The position numbers and the translations under genes were made by a program. Below the pieces are notes generated by a model. The model made no database searches. It saw only the letters and a list, made by a program, of their open reading frames with translations, and was not told where the DNA came from. From Eledone cirrhosa (lineage: Eukaryota): a stretch of 64,000 nt of DNA. Numbering within the stretch: position 1 is the first letter of the stretch; every line of letters starts with the position of its first letter. This document shows positions 47,766 through 62,501 of this stretch, in pieces. Location: NCBI GenBank assembly GCA_964016885.1, contig OZ024753.1, positions 41,416,001-41,480,000 on the forward strand, read 5' to 3'.

Positions 47766-49737
47766 GTAAGTATAAATAATTTATGGTATTACCAATAAAT
47801 TTCGTTTGACTAGGTGCAATATAAAATGTTTTAGTTGCTAACAACACAACATAGGTTTTGAGGTCAAATTGCATCAATATTACTTATTCCTTTCATCCCT
47901 CCTAAAAGTCTAAAGTCCGTCTCAAGCCTGGAGGCTCATCAGGCCAGTGCTTATTCCAGTTTCCGTGGTTTGAAACGAGTGTGAGTACAAGAATCCCTTC
48001 TGGATAGGACGCCAGTCCATCTTAAATGCAAACAATCTTTTTTTTTATTTTTTTTTTTTTGAAACTCAGAAAATAACAACTAAGAATATATATTAAACTT
48101 TATCACATGGAGTGGGGCGTTGGCAGTATCAGTAGAGTGTTGAACAACATGCTTTGTGGTCTATAGGTACGACCCTTTAGGTTCTGAGTTCAAATTCCAC
48201 TGTGGTTAGCTTTGCTTTTCTTCCTTACGGGATTGATAAAATAAAGTACCAGTAATGTACTGAGGTTGATTTAATCGACTTTCCCCTCCCCTAAAATTGT
48301 TGTACTTGTGCCTAAATCAGAAACCATTATCTTGGTATTTTTTAAGGACATCTTGAGATTTTACTGTAAAAAATGGGTTAAAGCAACCTTCAAAAGAAAG
48401 ATGTTGACAAACACTAAATACTGACCTTGGTAGCAAGGAAGTATATCCTGATGACACTTAGAAACACTTAGAACTAAGGTCAACCATTTGTACTCAACGG
48501 TTATGCAAATAAAAAAAAACATTTAAAAAAAGGAAAACATTTATAAAGAATGCAATCATAATTATAGGAGTTCATTAATAAATGTGAAGTAGATATTGCC
48601 CTTCTAATAAGTTATTATTTAAGGATCTCACGCCACGATTGTCATAGACGTGAACTATAACAAACTCTTTTTCGTGTTCAAGGAGGTTGACAGATAAAAC
48701 ACAATTATTAAGGTAGATAAGTGGAATGAGAAAACGGAAGAATAGTTACAGAAATAAAGGATCAAAGAAAGAAAAGTAATTGGTAATAAATTAAAAGGTA
48801 ATTTCCTGGTGAGCAGTCGACATCAATTGGTGTGAATCATTGTTTTAGTAGATTCCTTGAACTTTATTTGAAAAATAATTGGTAGGCCGTCTATTCTTAC
48901 ATTGGTTGAGGGGGTGGGGGTCTGATGTCTGATCTTTTTTGTATTGATTTGTTCCTTGTGCCAGGAATTGTGACTGTTAGATTGGATTTACCTTTCCATG
49001 GGACATTTCACATTCACACACACATATTGTCTTGCAATTGAGTTTTACGCAAAAGCAATTGAATTCCTCACCTCATTTTTTTTTTCTCCACATTTCACTC
49101 TTTCCCTTATTTATATATATATAGTGGTGGAACACTGGAAGGTAATATCAGTAGTGGTAGAGCACTCAGTCCATGGGACGAGTTAGGTAGAAGTGGTTAC
49201 ACAACAGCTAGTTCACCATACCGAGTACAATTGTTTCACCTTAGCAGATCCGCCATTTTAATCAAAGTGTGTATACATTTTTGGGGACACCCTATATATA
49301 TATATATATCATCATCATCATTATTTTACATCCGCTTTTCCCTGCTTGCAAGCAAGCTATATATGCAAAAGGCAAACAGAAAAAACAAAGCAAATGTCAC
49401 AGTACAATGAAGAAATAAATTATTAGTTTTACTATACTTGATATAGTAGGAAAATAGTCTTAACATCTCGGACGCTAGTCCTTTATCAGAAAATAGAATG
49501 AGAAATGAAAAAAGAAATTAAAAGACAGAGGAGACAGGCAGGGCGGAAACTGAGAACATTTTTTTAGAGAAAAATAACAGGTTTATTGATGTTGCCATCT
49601 CTTGGGAAACTGTTGATGCTGGCATACACATATATATATATATACATATATATACATACTTATATACATATATATATACATACCTATATATATATATATA
49701 TACATACCTATATATATATATATATACATACCTATAT

Positions 49738-49771
<34 letters not shown>

Positions 49772-50260
49772 GGTGGCTGCCAACTCATTTTCGTGTGAGA
49801 GATCTCCAGATATAAAGCAATGCCTGTGCCGTGAAGCTTTTAAAGTGAGCAAAAGCACTGCACAAAGCCAGTCCCACTCTCTTAACCAAGATGATATTTA
49901 CCAAAAAGAAGAACAAGTCAACATCATTGGATACCATCAGGGTTGCAGGTGTTATATCAGAGTTTTCCTTCTAGAATTCTTCCTTGACAAAGGCTAAGGG
50001 GTCATCTCTCCCGGTGATTTTGGATGGCCATTGACTCTTAAGAGCTCCTTTGCCCTTTGACAAGTTTTGTTTTTAGTCCTGCAGGATGTCCAAAGTCACC
50101 CTCCTCACCAAGAAACCTTGGTGGGGTTGCCAGTTTAGTCGCCAACGACTCGACCATGAGACAGGTTGTATATATGTATATAAATATACATACATATATA
50201 CATATATACATATATACATATGTATATATACATACATATATATATATAAATACATATATG

Positions 50261-50307
<47 letters not shown>

Positions 50308-51299
50308 ATTGTTATATGACTTGACGTCTACTTAAAATGTATGACATTTCCTGTAAAAATTCAAATGCTGCCAGTTATTGCACCATACAAAAGTATCCGT
50401 TTGTCTTCCAACTTGTCCAAACAATTTTTTTGCTGAGATTTTTAAGAATGTAAATAATATACAAAAAATATATTCTTAATAATATATCTAAGAAATCTAG
50501 AGTTGCTAACCGACGTTCTGTTTATCTGTCAAGTTCTTTTAATAGGTTTCTCTTGCAGTGCACATAATTGTGTGATTTCGGTGGAGAAGGGTTCTGTATT
50601 TTTATCTGCAAAAAATGTATAAGCACCAGCATGGCTGTATGGTTAGGGAGTTGGCGTTGCAAGTACTTGGTTTTGGGTCGAGTTTTGCTGCAGCTTGGGT
50701 TAACCAATGCCACATTAGTAGAATTTGGTAGACTGAAGAATTGGCAAAAGATAGTGACCGATTGATATGCTTTACAGCATAGAGTTATGGCCATTTACGT
50801 TCTGAGTTCAAATCCCGCTTTCATCCTTACGGGGTCGATAAAATAAAGTACCAGTAATGCACTGGGATAATTGCTGGCCTTCTGCCAAAAGCAGAAACAA
50901 TTATTATTATTATTATGATCATAATAAGGATGATAAAATAAAGTACCAGTAATACACTGGGGAGTGGTTTAATCAATTTTCCCCCCTCTCCTCAAATTGT
51001 TGGCCTTGAGCCTAAATCAGAAACCATTATTATTATGATCATAGTAAGGGTGATGGATTGGCAGTATCGGACAACATACTTTGCAGCATAGTTATGGCCC
51101 TTTACGTTCTGAGTTCAAATCCCACCGAGGTTAGGTTTACCTTTCGTCCTTACAGTATCAATAAAATAAAATACCAGTAATGCACTGGGGTTGATTTAAT
51201 CAAATTGCTGGTCTGGTACCAAAAGTAGAAACAAGTATTATGATCAGACTGTTTCATTTGTTAATATTTTCCTTACAATAATATTCTGATTCATTGCAG

Positions 51300-51360
51300 T
51301 TTTACCAGTCCTGTTCATCATACCATGGGTTGTATTGAGAATATTAGAGAGTGATCAACA
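51300..51360 (+). CDS. Class B1 GPCR exon, TM4: (F)LPVLFIIPWVVLRILESDQ(H)
   Basis: ttgcag acceptor and gtaagt donor, phase 1 to 2. Completes the GWxxP...W TM4 pattern. Confidence 0.93.
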
Positions 51361-51608
51361 GTAAGTATTAATTTAATCTGGATATACCAGTACAAGAAAT
51401 GTAAAACAAAATGAAATTTACAATTCTCACCTTTGTAGGCTTAGGTTGCCCCTAATGAGGTTATATCTCATAGGAGATTTCTTGGGTGTTTAATGATAAA
51501 AGTGAAGTGAAATGAAGCATCTTGCTCAAGAACATAACACACCACCCAGTCAGATCTTCAGATTTGACAAAGGGAACAATATTTCCATTAGTCGGTCTTT
51601 CTATTAAT

Positions 51609-51797
51609 AATTGTTTCTACTTTAGGCACAAGGCCAGCAAATACTCCCCAGTGCATTACTGGTACTTTATTTTATCAACCCCCGTAAGGATGAAAGGCAA
51701 AGTTAACCTCAGCGGGATTGAACTCAGATCGTAAAGGGGCATAACTCTATGCTGCAAAACATGGCGTCCGAATCTCTACCGATAGTGCTAATCCACC
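51609..51797 (-). mobile_element. SINE family A, minus-strand representative
   Basis: Reverse complement of the family A consensus. Other - copies at about 1289-1475, 46072-46260, 55242-55430, 58821-58931 and 60663-60830. Confidence 0.85.
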
Positions 51798-53637
51798 TAT
51801 CGAACCCAGAACTTTATGGTCGTTAGTCCAACATCATAACCACTAGGCCACGTCCTTTCACTAACAAATCAGTCTGAAAAAGAAAAAATTTATATTGAAA
51901 ATCTCATAAAAATTTAATGAAACTGTTGTAATTTGCGTGTCTTAAGGAAATGGTAAAATATGTTAGACTATGACTCAATGTTTGATACAATGTATATCAA
52001 AGACTAGCTTTTGTTTTATCAAAGACTAGCTTTTCTAAGATATTTACTAATAAAAAGATTTTCCCTGTATGTCTTTAGAATACACATAAATATTCCAATG
52101 ATGAATATGAAAATTAATATTGTAAACCTACACAGTTAATGATATAAATCACCAGTTGTTTTCAGGAGATTAATCTAAGAATATATGTATGTGCTAATAA
52201 TTCCATGTTTATTTTTAGCAAGGCGATGAAATAATATTAATATGTTGATGTCAGTGTGACATATTGGATATTGTCTAGGACTGTGAACTGCATCTAAAAT
52301 TAAGGCTTTTAACATTAAATTTTGTTGTAAATTAGTGCCTTATCTATACAGTGTGGGCAGTGAAGTTGAACCATGGCTGTGTGGATAAAGGGCTCACTTC
52401 ACAAGTTGGGTTTCTGTCATGTTGCACAGTACTTCAAACAGACGTTTTCTGAATTTGGTTGACCAATGCATAGATTTGATATTATGTGAGATAATTATGG
52501 GAAGTAAAGTGTTTACAGTGAAAATATAGCAGTAAATATAGAGTAATGTAAATGCTGAAGGGTTAAAAACCAGATATTATAAAGCTCTGGTTTGGTGCTC
52601 TATCGTACTTTGCTTGACATATATCAAGATAAAATTAATACTATACGGTCCATTGTAACCAAGGTGGATATTTGTAGATTTGCAATGTGTTTAAGTATAG
52701 AGATTTCTGTCGTCTGATAATTTAAGAGAGTGTCTATAAATGTTGGTAGAGTTTATATCCACCAGGAAGGAAAAAGAATAGTAAGCTCTATAGATAGATT
52801 ACAGGATTGATAATAATTATAAAAAATATCAGGTGTAGAATATGCTGTTGTGTTTTGTAATTGAAGCATGTAGCTTGCTCGATGTGAAAACTGATATTGA
52901 TTGATAGTATTGATCTTTGAGGAGGTATGTACCAGGAAATAGCTAAAGTTATGTAATGGATTATTAAGATAATTTATGCGGAAACAAACTGTAAAGGAGT
53001 CAGAATAAAATACAATAACTATGAGAAATTATTTTAAACTAGTGAACTCGTATTGTCAATGGCAATAGCTTTGAAGGTATTTAGTTTTGAGAGTCCAGGA
53101 TTGGTATGGCATATATATATATCAGGATTACTGAATATTTAACCCTTTAACATTTACATTACTCTATTTACATACTATTGTATTTTCATGGTAAACATTT
53201 TATCTCACATAATTATCTCACATAATATCGAATGTATGAGATTTTGATATTATTTATTTAAGGTCGATTGGCAGTATCAGTAGAGGGTCGGGCGCCATGC
53301 TTTGCAGCATAGAGTTACGCCCCTTTATGATCTGAGTTCAAATCCCGCTGAGGTTAACTTTGCCTTTCATCCTTACGGGGTCGATAAAATAAAGTACCAG
53401 TAATACACTGGGATAATTGCTGGCCTTGTGCCAAAAGTAGAAACAATTATATTATATTATATTGTATTATATTATCTTCTATTATATTGTATATAAAAAC
53501 TATGTTAAGTTACTATCTTATGATTTAGGCACAAGGGCAACAATTTTGAGGGTAGGGGAAATTCTGTGCCACCAGGAATCAAACTCGTGATCTTAGGATT
53601 ATGAGAGGAATACCTTAACCACTAAGACACATGCCTT

Positions 53638-53695
<58 letters not shown>

Positions 53696-53799
53696 CGTAT
53701 GTTTATGTATCTTAAAGTTCACGCCAATGTAGATTTAGTTGGCCTCACACAAGGTTGAATCTCTTAGGAGTTTTTGGGTGTTTTAGTCCTAAATGTCAG

Positions 53800-54330
53800 T
53801 CCTATCACGCCTCTCTAGGTATAACTGGCCTCCAACGGGGTTGCGCCTCATAGGAGGTTCTGAGTGTTCTAAGCCTAGATGTTACAGTCCTATCAACGCC
53901 CAGCATATTCTTCTTTTTAAGCTCATGCCTCTCTAGGTATAACTGGCCTCCAATGGGGTTGCGCCTCATAGGAGGTTCTGAGTGTTCTAAGCCTAGATGT
54001 TACAGTCCTATCAACGCCCAGCATATTCTTCTTTTTAAGCTCATGCCTCTCTAGGTATAACTGGCCTCCAACGAGGTTGCGCCTCATAGGAGGTTCTGAG
54101 TGTTCTAAGCCTAGATGTTACAGTCCTATCAACGCCCAGCATATTCTTCTTTTTAAGCTCATGCCTCTCTAGGTATAACTGGCCTCCAACGAGGTTGCGC
54201 CTTATAGGAGGTTCTGAGTGTTCTAAGCCTAGATGTTACAGTCCTATCAACGCCCAGCATATTCTTCTTTTTAAGCTCATGTCTCTCTAGGTATAACTGG
54301 CCTCCAATGGGGTTGCACCTCATAGTAGGT
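53800..54330. repeat. 118-bp minisatellite, about 4.5 copies
   Basis: cctatcaacg recurs at 53889, 54007, 54125 and 54243. Units are nearly identical. Confidence 0.95.
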
Positions 54331-54867
54331 TTCTTAGGTGTTTTAATGATAATGACACCTATCCTAGCATGAAACGCAACATTAAATGAAACTTTTTTCT
54401 CAAGGACACAATGCACCGCCCTGTTTAGCAACCAAACCCACGACTACACATCATTATATGAGGTTAACTTTGCCTTTCATCCTTACGGGGGTCGATAAAA
54501 TAAAGTACCAGTAATACACTGGGTAATTGCTGGCCTTGTGCCAAAAGTAGAAACAATTATATATATGTGTCTGTGTGTCTCTCTCATGCTCTCTGTATAT
54601 GTGCATATATATATATTATACTGTATATATAAGTATGTACACGTACATACATATATGTATACAGACGTACAGTAGTATGTATATATATACACATACATGC
54701 ACACATATATATATATGTACGTATCGATTCACATACTGTATATATATTATATTATACTGTATATGTGTATATATGTTTTTATATCTTTTTGCAAGTTACG
54801 GTGAGAGAGAGGGACAGAGTGTGTGTGTGTGTGTTTGAGAGTGAGAGAGATAGATAGATAGATACAT

Positions 54868-54902
<35 letters not shown>

Positions 54903-55802
54903 AAGTGTAATTGAGAGCTGTAACGAAAGTGAAAAGGAAATCTATCTGATAGTAGATTATCGATCATTTAGACGAATGGAATAATAATAGCTATTGAACA
55001 GAGACTAATGGTTGATAATATTACAATATTTTGTAAATTAAAACTACTTCAGAATCCAGTGGAAATACAGTTTATGTCACAGATGATATATCTACTTCCT
55101 CAAAACATGGATAACTTTACCTCTATTATTTCTCTTATTTTCTCTCTCTTCTTCCGCCTTCTGCCTTTACCAATTACCTATCTCAATATATATATATCTA
55201 CCTCTAGCACACAATTACATGTTTAGAGATGTATATTATATAATTGTTTCTACTTTTGGCACAAGGCCATCAATTATCCCAGTGTATTACTGGTACTTTA
55301 TTTTATCGACCCCCGTAAGTTTGAAAGGCAAAGTTAACCTCGGCGGGATTTGAACTCAGAATGGAAAGGGTCGTAACTCTATGCGTCAAAGCATGGCGTC
55401 CGACCCTCTACCAATACTGACAATCCACTGCCCTTGAGATGTAAATTATATAATATATCAAAGATATATGTGCACTTGGTCAAAGATGGTGAGTTTATAA
55501 AGTCGTTTGAGCATAGAGAGATGATAGAATGTTTTACACAGTATCCGTTCCCAGTTCTCTGCGATCTCATAAGTTCATGTCTCGTCAAGGTCAATTTGGC
55601 CTTTCATACTTTCAATAAGTCGATAAATAATTTAGCAGTTCAGTACTTGGGCTGTTTTTTCTCCTCTCTTTCTCTCAACAGAAACACAAACCCTCCATCT
55701 CAATTTTACTTTTGATAATCATAAGAACTGTGAAACCGGTAAAGTAAATAAATATTCTTAAAAGACACCCATTGCATTTTCAATTTCTTTTCCTTATATA
55801 TA

Positions 55803-55916
<114 letters not shown>

Positions 55917-56217
55917 TGTTTCATTCGAAGGAAATCATATTTCCTTTAAATGAAACAGTTCTAGTCCTGTAGAAGCCATTTCTATATTAGATATTTATAC
56001 TTTTCTATGTATTGGGTACCTTACTGTGGTTACCTCCGATTGAACCCAGGATACACTCACACACATGTATATATACATACACATTATATATACACATTAT
56101 ATATATACTATATATGTATTAAGAGTATAAGTAAGATGAACTCTTATTTGTAATATTGTTATTTCTCACCTTCATGAAAACTCACATTTTTTTTTTTTCT
56201 ATTTTCATATATTTTAG

Positions 56218-56287
56218 TTGTTGGAATACTCATTTGAACAGAAAAATATTTTGGGTATTACGAGCTCCGTGTGTAATTTCTGTTGTG
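56218..56287 (+). CDS. Class B1 GPCR exon, ECL2-TM5: CWNTHLNRKIFWVLRAPCVISVV
   Basis: ttttag acceptor and gtgagt donor, phase 2 to 0. CW...WxxxxP motif. Confidence 0.94.
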
Positions 56288-56503
56288 GTGAGTCTCTGAA
56301 TAATTTCTTACCTGCTTCCAATTTCTTTCTTTTGAAAAAGGGTTCTTAACTTCGAAATAAGATAAAAGTTTAGGCTAATGTTTTATTTAGTATTTTTTTT
56401 CTTTACTACTCTAGTTTTCATTCTTACATTTCCAGTTTGCATATAACCTAATATATTCCTTCCATATACTGTACTGATTGTGTTGTTATTTCTGTTTACC
56501 TTT

Positions 56504-56540
<37 letters not shown>

Positions 56541-56546
<6 letters not shown>

Positions 56547-56900
56547 ACAGGAGGCTGGACTGGTGTAAATCCTTGAAAGGTTTATTATACTATGATCATT
56601 TCAATGACCAGGTTCCATATGCATCCGGTGATATCATCAGGTATTGGATGATATCACCGGATGATATCACCAGATTCATATGGAACCCGGTCATTGAAAT
56701 GATCATAGTATAATAAACCTTTCAAGGATTTACACCAGTCCAGCCTCCTGTTATTTCATTTACAATTAACTCCGCATTCGCACCACCAACTACACAAATG
56801 AAGATGGGTGAACTGCACTGCGTTGAGTACTCTTCACAATATTACACCAGGATTGACCATACGGAATGACCAGTTCTATCCAGTGGTGAACCAACAAACC
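56541..56900. mobile_element. Palindromic hammerhead element, family F2 (intact motif on - strand at 56587-56644)
   Basis: About 100-bp inverted arms (56541-56758) plus a roughly 140-nt tail shared with 36575-36720. Flanked by TA tracts. Confidence 0.75.
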
Positions 56901-57017
56901 TTAAGATATATATATATTTATATTATTGAGTATATAGCAGGAGGCCAGAATGACGAAATTCATTTAAAGTTTTATTTCTGCAAACGCAATATACATTTCA
57001 GTGGCCAGTTCTATCCA

Positions 57018-57062
<45 letters not shown>

Positions 57063-59340
57063 TAACAGATTAAAGTTTAAGCAAAGAATCGCTGCTTTCA
57101 CCCTTAACGGGATTTTGTTGAAAGCAGTGATTCTTTGCTTAAACTTTAATCTGTTATTTTAATAAATATTTGCTGTAGGGTTCTTATATATTTGATATAT
57201 ATTTATCCTTATCGAGCCCTCTTTGGATTTTACTCTTCACATTTATTATTATTACTATTATTATTCAGTGGATTGGCAGTATCGGTAGAGGGTCGGACGC
57301 CATGCTTTCCACCATAGTTACGTCCCTTTACGATCTGAGTTCAAATCCCGCCGAGGTTGACTTTGCCTTTCATCCTTACGGGGTCGATAAAGTACCAGTA
57401 ATGAACTGGGTAATTGCTGGCCTTGTGCCTAAAGTAGAAAACAATTATTATTACTATTATCCCGTCTAACCCATGCTTGCGTGGAAGATGGACGTTAAAC
57501 GAAGATGATGATGATGATGATGATGACTATATATATATATATATTTTCATAATTATATATATTTTCATAATTCTTCGGCTCTGTTTAATTACATTGAGCT
57601 ATACTTTTACTGTCATTTCTATAATACGAAGAGGGTGTTTAACTCCAACACACTCTAGTATTTTAATTCTTATATATATATATATATATATAGTCAGGCT
57701 TCTGCACAGTTTCCATCTATCAAGCATCACTCACAAGGTATTGATCAACCCGAGGTTATAATAGAAGATACTTTCCCAAGGTGCCATGTAGTGGAACTCA
57801 AGCCTAACATATGTGGTTACGAAGCAACACTTTAACCACACAGCCATACCTGCATTTATTTTAAAATTGTTTCAATAATTTTTATGTAGAGTGTAGATCA
57901 ATGTGTTATACAGTGGGGAGAGAAAACTGATATTTCCGCTAATTTGTCTTTTGATTAGTCCAGAAGATCAATAAATGTTTTAAGGTATCTATTGTAGCAT
58001 GAGTGTATGTGAGTGTGTATGTCTGTATGTGTGTGTGATTGATGTGTATGTATGTGTGATTGATGTGTGTGTCTCTGTGTATGTGTGTGTGTGTGTCGAT
58101 GTATTTGTCTGTGTCTCTGTTTTTGGGTGTGCATGTGTGTTTGTGAGTATATGTGTGAATGTGTATGTGTGTGTGTTTGTGTGTGTCTCTATATGTGTAT
58201 GTATTGTGTATGTGTCTGAGTATGAATGTAAGTGTGTGTGTGTGTGATTGTTGTGTGTCTCTGTGTGTGTCTGTGGTTTTTGTGTGTGTTTCTGAGTGTA
58301 TGTGTGTATATGTATGTTTATGTGTCTGTGTATGTGTGTTTGTCTGTGTATGTGTGTGTTTATGCATTTGTGTGTGTGTGTATATGTATATTTATCTGTA
58401 TGTGTCTACGTCTGTATGACCCAGTATTACTCTATGACATAACAATGTTTCAATACAATAGCTACACCTAACAATAAAACCACAAACCAATCAATTAGAT
58501 TGGTGCAAATTATCATTATTATTATTATTATTATTATTACATAGAAAACCATTTCCTCTGCCGCCATCGTGGGGTTGTTGATATGGTATATCCATCTTCT
58601 TATATAGGCACAAGGCCAGCAATTTTTGGGGGAGGGGAAAGTCGATTAAATCGACCTCAGTGCATTTCTTTATTGACCACAAGGGCCGACAAATAGGGGC
58701 CAATACAAAGACGGGGACAGTGTGGGGGGGTACAATAAAATCGAATAAAAATACACAATAACAAAAACAAGTAACAATGAACGTATATAAAATTATATAA
58801 AAATATAACAAAATATAAAATAATTGTTTCTACTTTAGGCACAAGGCCAGCAATTATCCCAGTGCATTACTGGTACTTTATTTTATCGACCCCGTAAGGA
58901 TGAAAGGCAAAGTTAACCTCGACGGGATTTGAACAAAATATAAAATAATAATAATGTTTTCTTTATTGACCACAAAGAGTTTACATAAAAATACATTAAG
59001 GACAGCCCGAGGAGGTACAGGACGGTACAATGTGGGTTAGAGTTAGGACAGTACAGTATGGGTTAGGGTTAGGACAGTACAATGTGGTTTTCTGAGTATA
59101 AAAATGTGTATAAAAGAAAAACAAAGGGTGCAACAAAATAAATAGAAAAATGACAAAAATATTGGTAATAACAATTCTAGCGGTATTTTTCCCATAGTGT
59201 ACATCGATAAAATTGTATGCCAAACAATGGTAAGCTACAAGACAATTGATTAGAATCATTTCTGGAGACTGTCTGGGACTAAAAATAATGCTTTAAATAT
59301 AATTATTGTTAGAGATTAATATTTGCAGAAATATATATAT

Positions 59341-59411
<71 letters not shown>

Positions 59412-60888
59412 TACATACATATATATATATATCAATAATTATATAAAATGGCCACGAATTGATGAAGTCTTTAAGGTGTCAGATTTAAAATATTTTACTC
59501 GGAGTTCAAATTCAACCGAGGTTAACTTCATTTTTTTTGTAGGTCGATAAAATAAAATACAAGTTTTGTAATGGGGTCAATAAAGAAATTTACTGCTCAC
59601 ATCTCTACAGGTTTAGCTAGACTCCCACGTGAACTCGTCACATGGGAGGTTTTTCAGGTGTTTTAAAGACAGATGCCTCTGTCCTAGCATAAATTGAATG
59701 AAATTTATAGCTCACCAGTAGAGCTAGACTCCTACGTAAATCCATCTCTTGGAAGGTTTCTCAAGTGCACCAATGACAGATATCCAGTATCGATAGAGGG
59801 TCGGATGCCATGCTTTGACGCATAGAGTTATGGCCCTTGCCATTCTGAGTTCAAATCCCGCCGAGGTTAACTTTGCCTTTCATCCTTACGGCGTCGATAA
59901 AATAAAGTACCAGTAATGCACTGGGCTAATTGCTGGCCTTGTGCCAAAAGTAGAAACAATTATTATAAATTAAATTAAATTGACAGCTCACATATATGCA
60001 AGCTTAGCTAAACTCCTACGTGAACTCATCTCATGAGAGGTTTCTCAGGTGTTTTAATGACAGATGCTCCAGTTCTATAATTAATTAAATTAAATTAAAT
60101 TTACAGTTCAAATCTATGGAGATTTAGCTGATCTCCCACGATATATTTTAATTAATTATTCTAAATTTTAATTAATTATTCTAAAAGAATATATCAGACT
60201 CTATATTGGTATATATATTAGTATATATAGTCTATATTAGCATATATATATATATATACACTAATATAGACTATATATACTAATATATATATATATATAC
60301 AAAATAGAAAGAAACGATCAACTACTTCCCAGACCTCATTCGATTACCGAGTAGGATGAGCTTGTCAAATCGGACCAAGGAAGCAATGTTTCCCTCGATC
60401 TTTCCAATTGTTGATACTATCTACCGGTCGCAACTCGTGGCAGAAAGAGCCACCTGAAATAGAATCTCTTGCTTAATGACATAAGGCATCGCCAGGTCCA
60501 GGAATCGAACTCACAACATCACGGTTATGTACCCACATCTCTAACTACTAAGCACCGCGCATCTCCAATATATCATTTACGAATGTTTCATACTTAATTG
60601 AGATTTAAAAGTAATGTTTTATTTGAGACAAATATTTGATGTTATATATATAAAGTCATAACTGTTTCTACTTTAGGCACAAGGCCAGCAATTACCCAGT
60701 GCATTACTGGTACTTTATTTTATCGACCCCGTAAGGATGAAAGGCAAAGTCAACCTCGGCGGGATTTGAACTCAGATCGTAAAGGGACGTAACTATGCTG
60801 GAAAGCATGGCGTCCGACCCTCTACCGATACATATATCTACCGATATATATAAAGTCATAACACTGAATTTCTAATTCTAATCCTCAG

Positions 60889-60980
60889 CTCAATTTCTTC
60901 CTGTTCCTCAACATCGTCAGAGTGTTATTCACGAAATTGAATTCACAGCAAAACTTGGAGTCAAGGAATTCTCGTTACAG
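60889..60980 (+). CDS. Class B1 GPCR exon, TM5-ICL3: LNFFLFLNIVRVLFTKLNSQQNLESRNSRY(R)
   Basis: cctcag acceptor and gtacgt donor, phase 0 to 2. NFxxFLNIVRVLxxKL motif. The gene must continue past the window end. Confidence 0.96.
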
Positions 60981-62417
60981 GTACGTTGTTGTCGTGGTTT
61001 TATATATATAAAGGGCAGAGGAACTCAGCAGAGTCAACGGCCATTGAAATAGTTTTTTGTTATATACGGAGAGGTTAAACTCCGAGGCATAACAAGCCGA
61101 GGGCTGTCGTATTTTCCGTGGCAAACATTTGCACCGAAGATATGTGTCGTCAGTTACAGAAGGTGTGGTTGGTCCTACACAAGCCTTCACCACTTAAAAC
61201 AAAACTTTGTGTGGGTAGTTTAACATCAGTTCACTTTCTCACGTCAACTCTTGTTGGACACTCATATGACGGATATCGACGAGAGAGTCCATCATATATA
61301 TATATATAAGTACAGTCATGTATCGATCTAATACTATAATAAAAAAATTAATAAATAAATAAACCTGGTTAATACACCGCACAGTAGAATCGAGTCCAGT
61401 TTCTCATAAGTTCTAAGCGAATTCTAACCATTCGGATTTTGCCTGCGACCATAGCAACTGTTTCCAAACATTGTCGCTAAATCAATGAATATCACAAAAT
61501 GTCGGAGAGAATATAAAATACTGAATAATTGCTTGATTGTCATTATTATAGCAAAGGTTATTAATATATATTTTATTGACTGGCCCCTCTCTCTCTCTCT
61601 CTTTGTGTATGCATTTACATGTGTGTGTGTGTCTAGCTATAACACGGTTGGGGGAAGTTTATCAAATTCCTGGAAATTATTAATAAATCCCAGCTCCGGA
61701 TAAATAAATCGTCAATCTCACGAACTTGAGACTATTAAATCAAAGAGAGAACAAAAACTGATTAGCAACCTTATTACTATTTCACAGAACGAAATCAATA
61801 CTATATATTCAACAGCGAAGCTTTTTAATCATATAATGAAACCTTTCTGACCATTATGAATATAAGGCTATTAACGAAGTCTTAAGGTCTTCCTACATTA
61901 AGTATTAATTATGTTTTACGGAGGAAATTGCTAATTTCCTGTGTCTAGATATACTTGGTTAATATTACAATAACTGTACAGTATGTGGTGTCACCATCGC
62001 ACAGTTTAACCTATAAACATTTAGCTTTATTATATAAAACAATTATATAAATATTAATACAATGCTACGCTTCTTTCAGTCGATAATTATATATATATAT
62101 ATATATATATAAGGATCGATCAACTTTCGTCAAATCGGACCGAGGAAGCAATGTTTCCGTCGGTCATTCCAGTTGCTAGTACTATCTATCGGTCGCAACT
62201 CCAGGTAGAAGGAACAACGTGAAATAAAGTGTCTTGCCCAAGGACATAACGCATCGCCCGGTCCACGAATCGAACTCACAACCTCAAGATTGTGAATCCA
62301 ATTCTCTAACTCCTCAGCCACACGCCTTCACCTTTTTTTTTATATATATATATATATATATACGCACACACATATATATTTTTAATAGATATAAATTTCA
62401 AAACTTATATCCAAAAC

Positions 62418-62501
62418 ATAACTATTTCATCTGATGAACGAGCTGGACATTTCTGTAAGGATCGTCTAGTTTCCTGAAACCTTTGGTAATGGAATAATTA
62501 T
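62418..62501 (+). ncRNA. Type I hammerhead ribozyme motif, family F1
   Basis: auaacuauuucau CUGAUGA [agcuggac/gucuaguu] GAA ACC uuu GGU A auggaauaauuau. 13-bp stem I with one mismatch. Confidence 0.8.

Noticed and set aside
53800-54330. Possible CRISPR-like array
   Set aside because: Whole units repeat with no unique spacers, the context is eukaryotic, and no cas genes are present.
59032-59072. Telomere-like GGGTTA motifs
   Set aside because: Only two or three units inside a small tandem duplication. Not an interstitial telomere.
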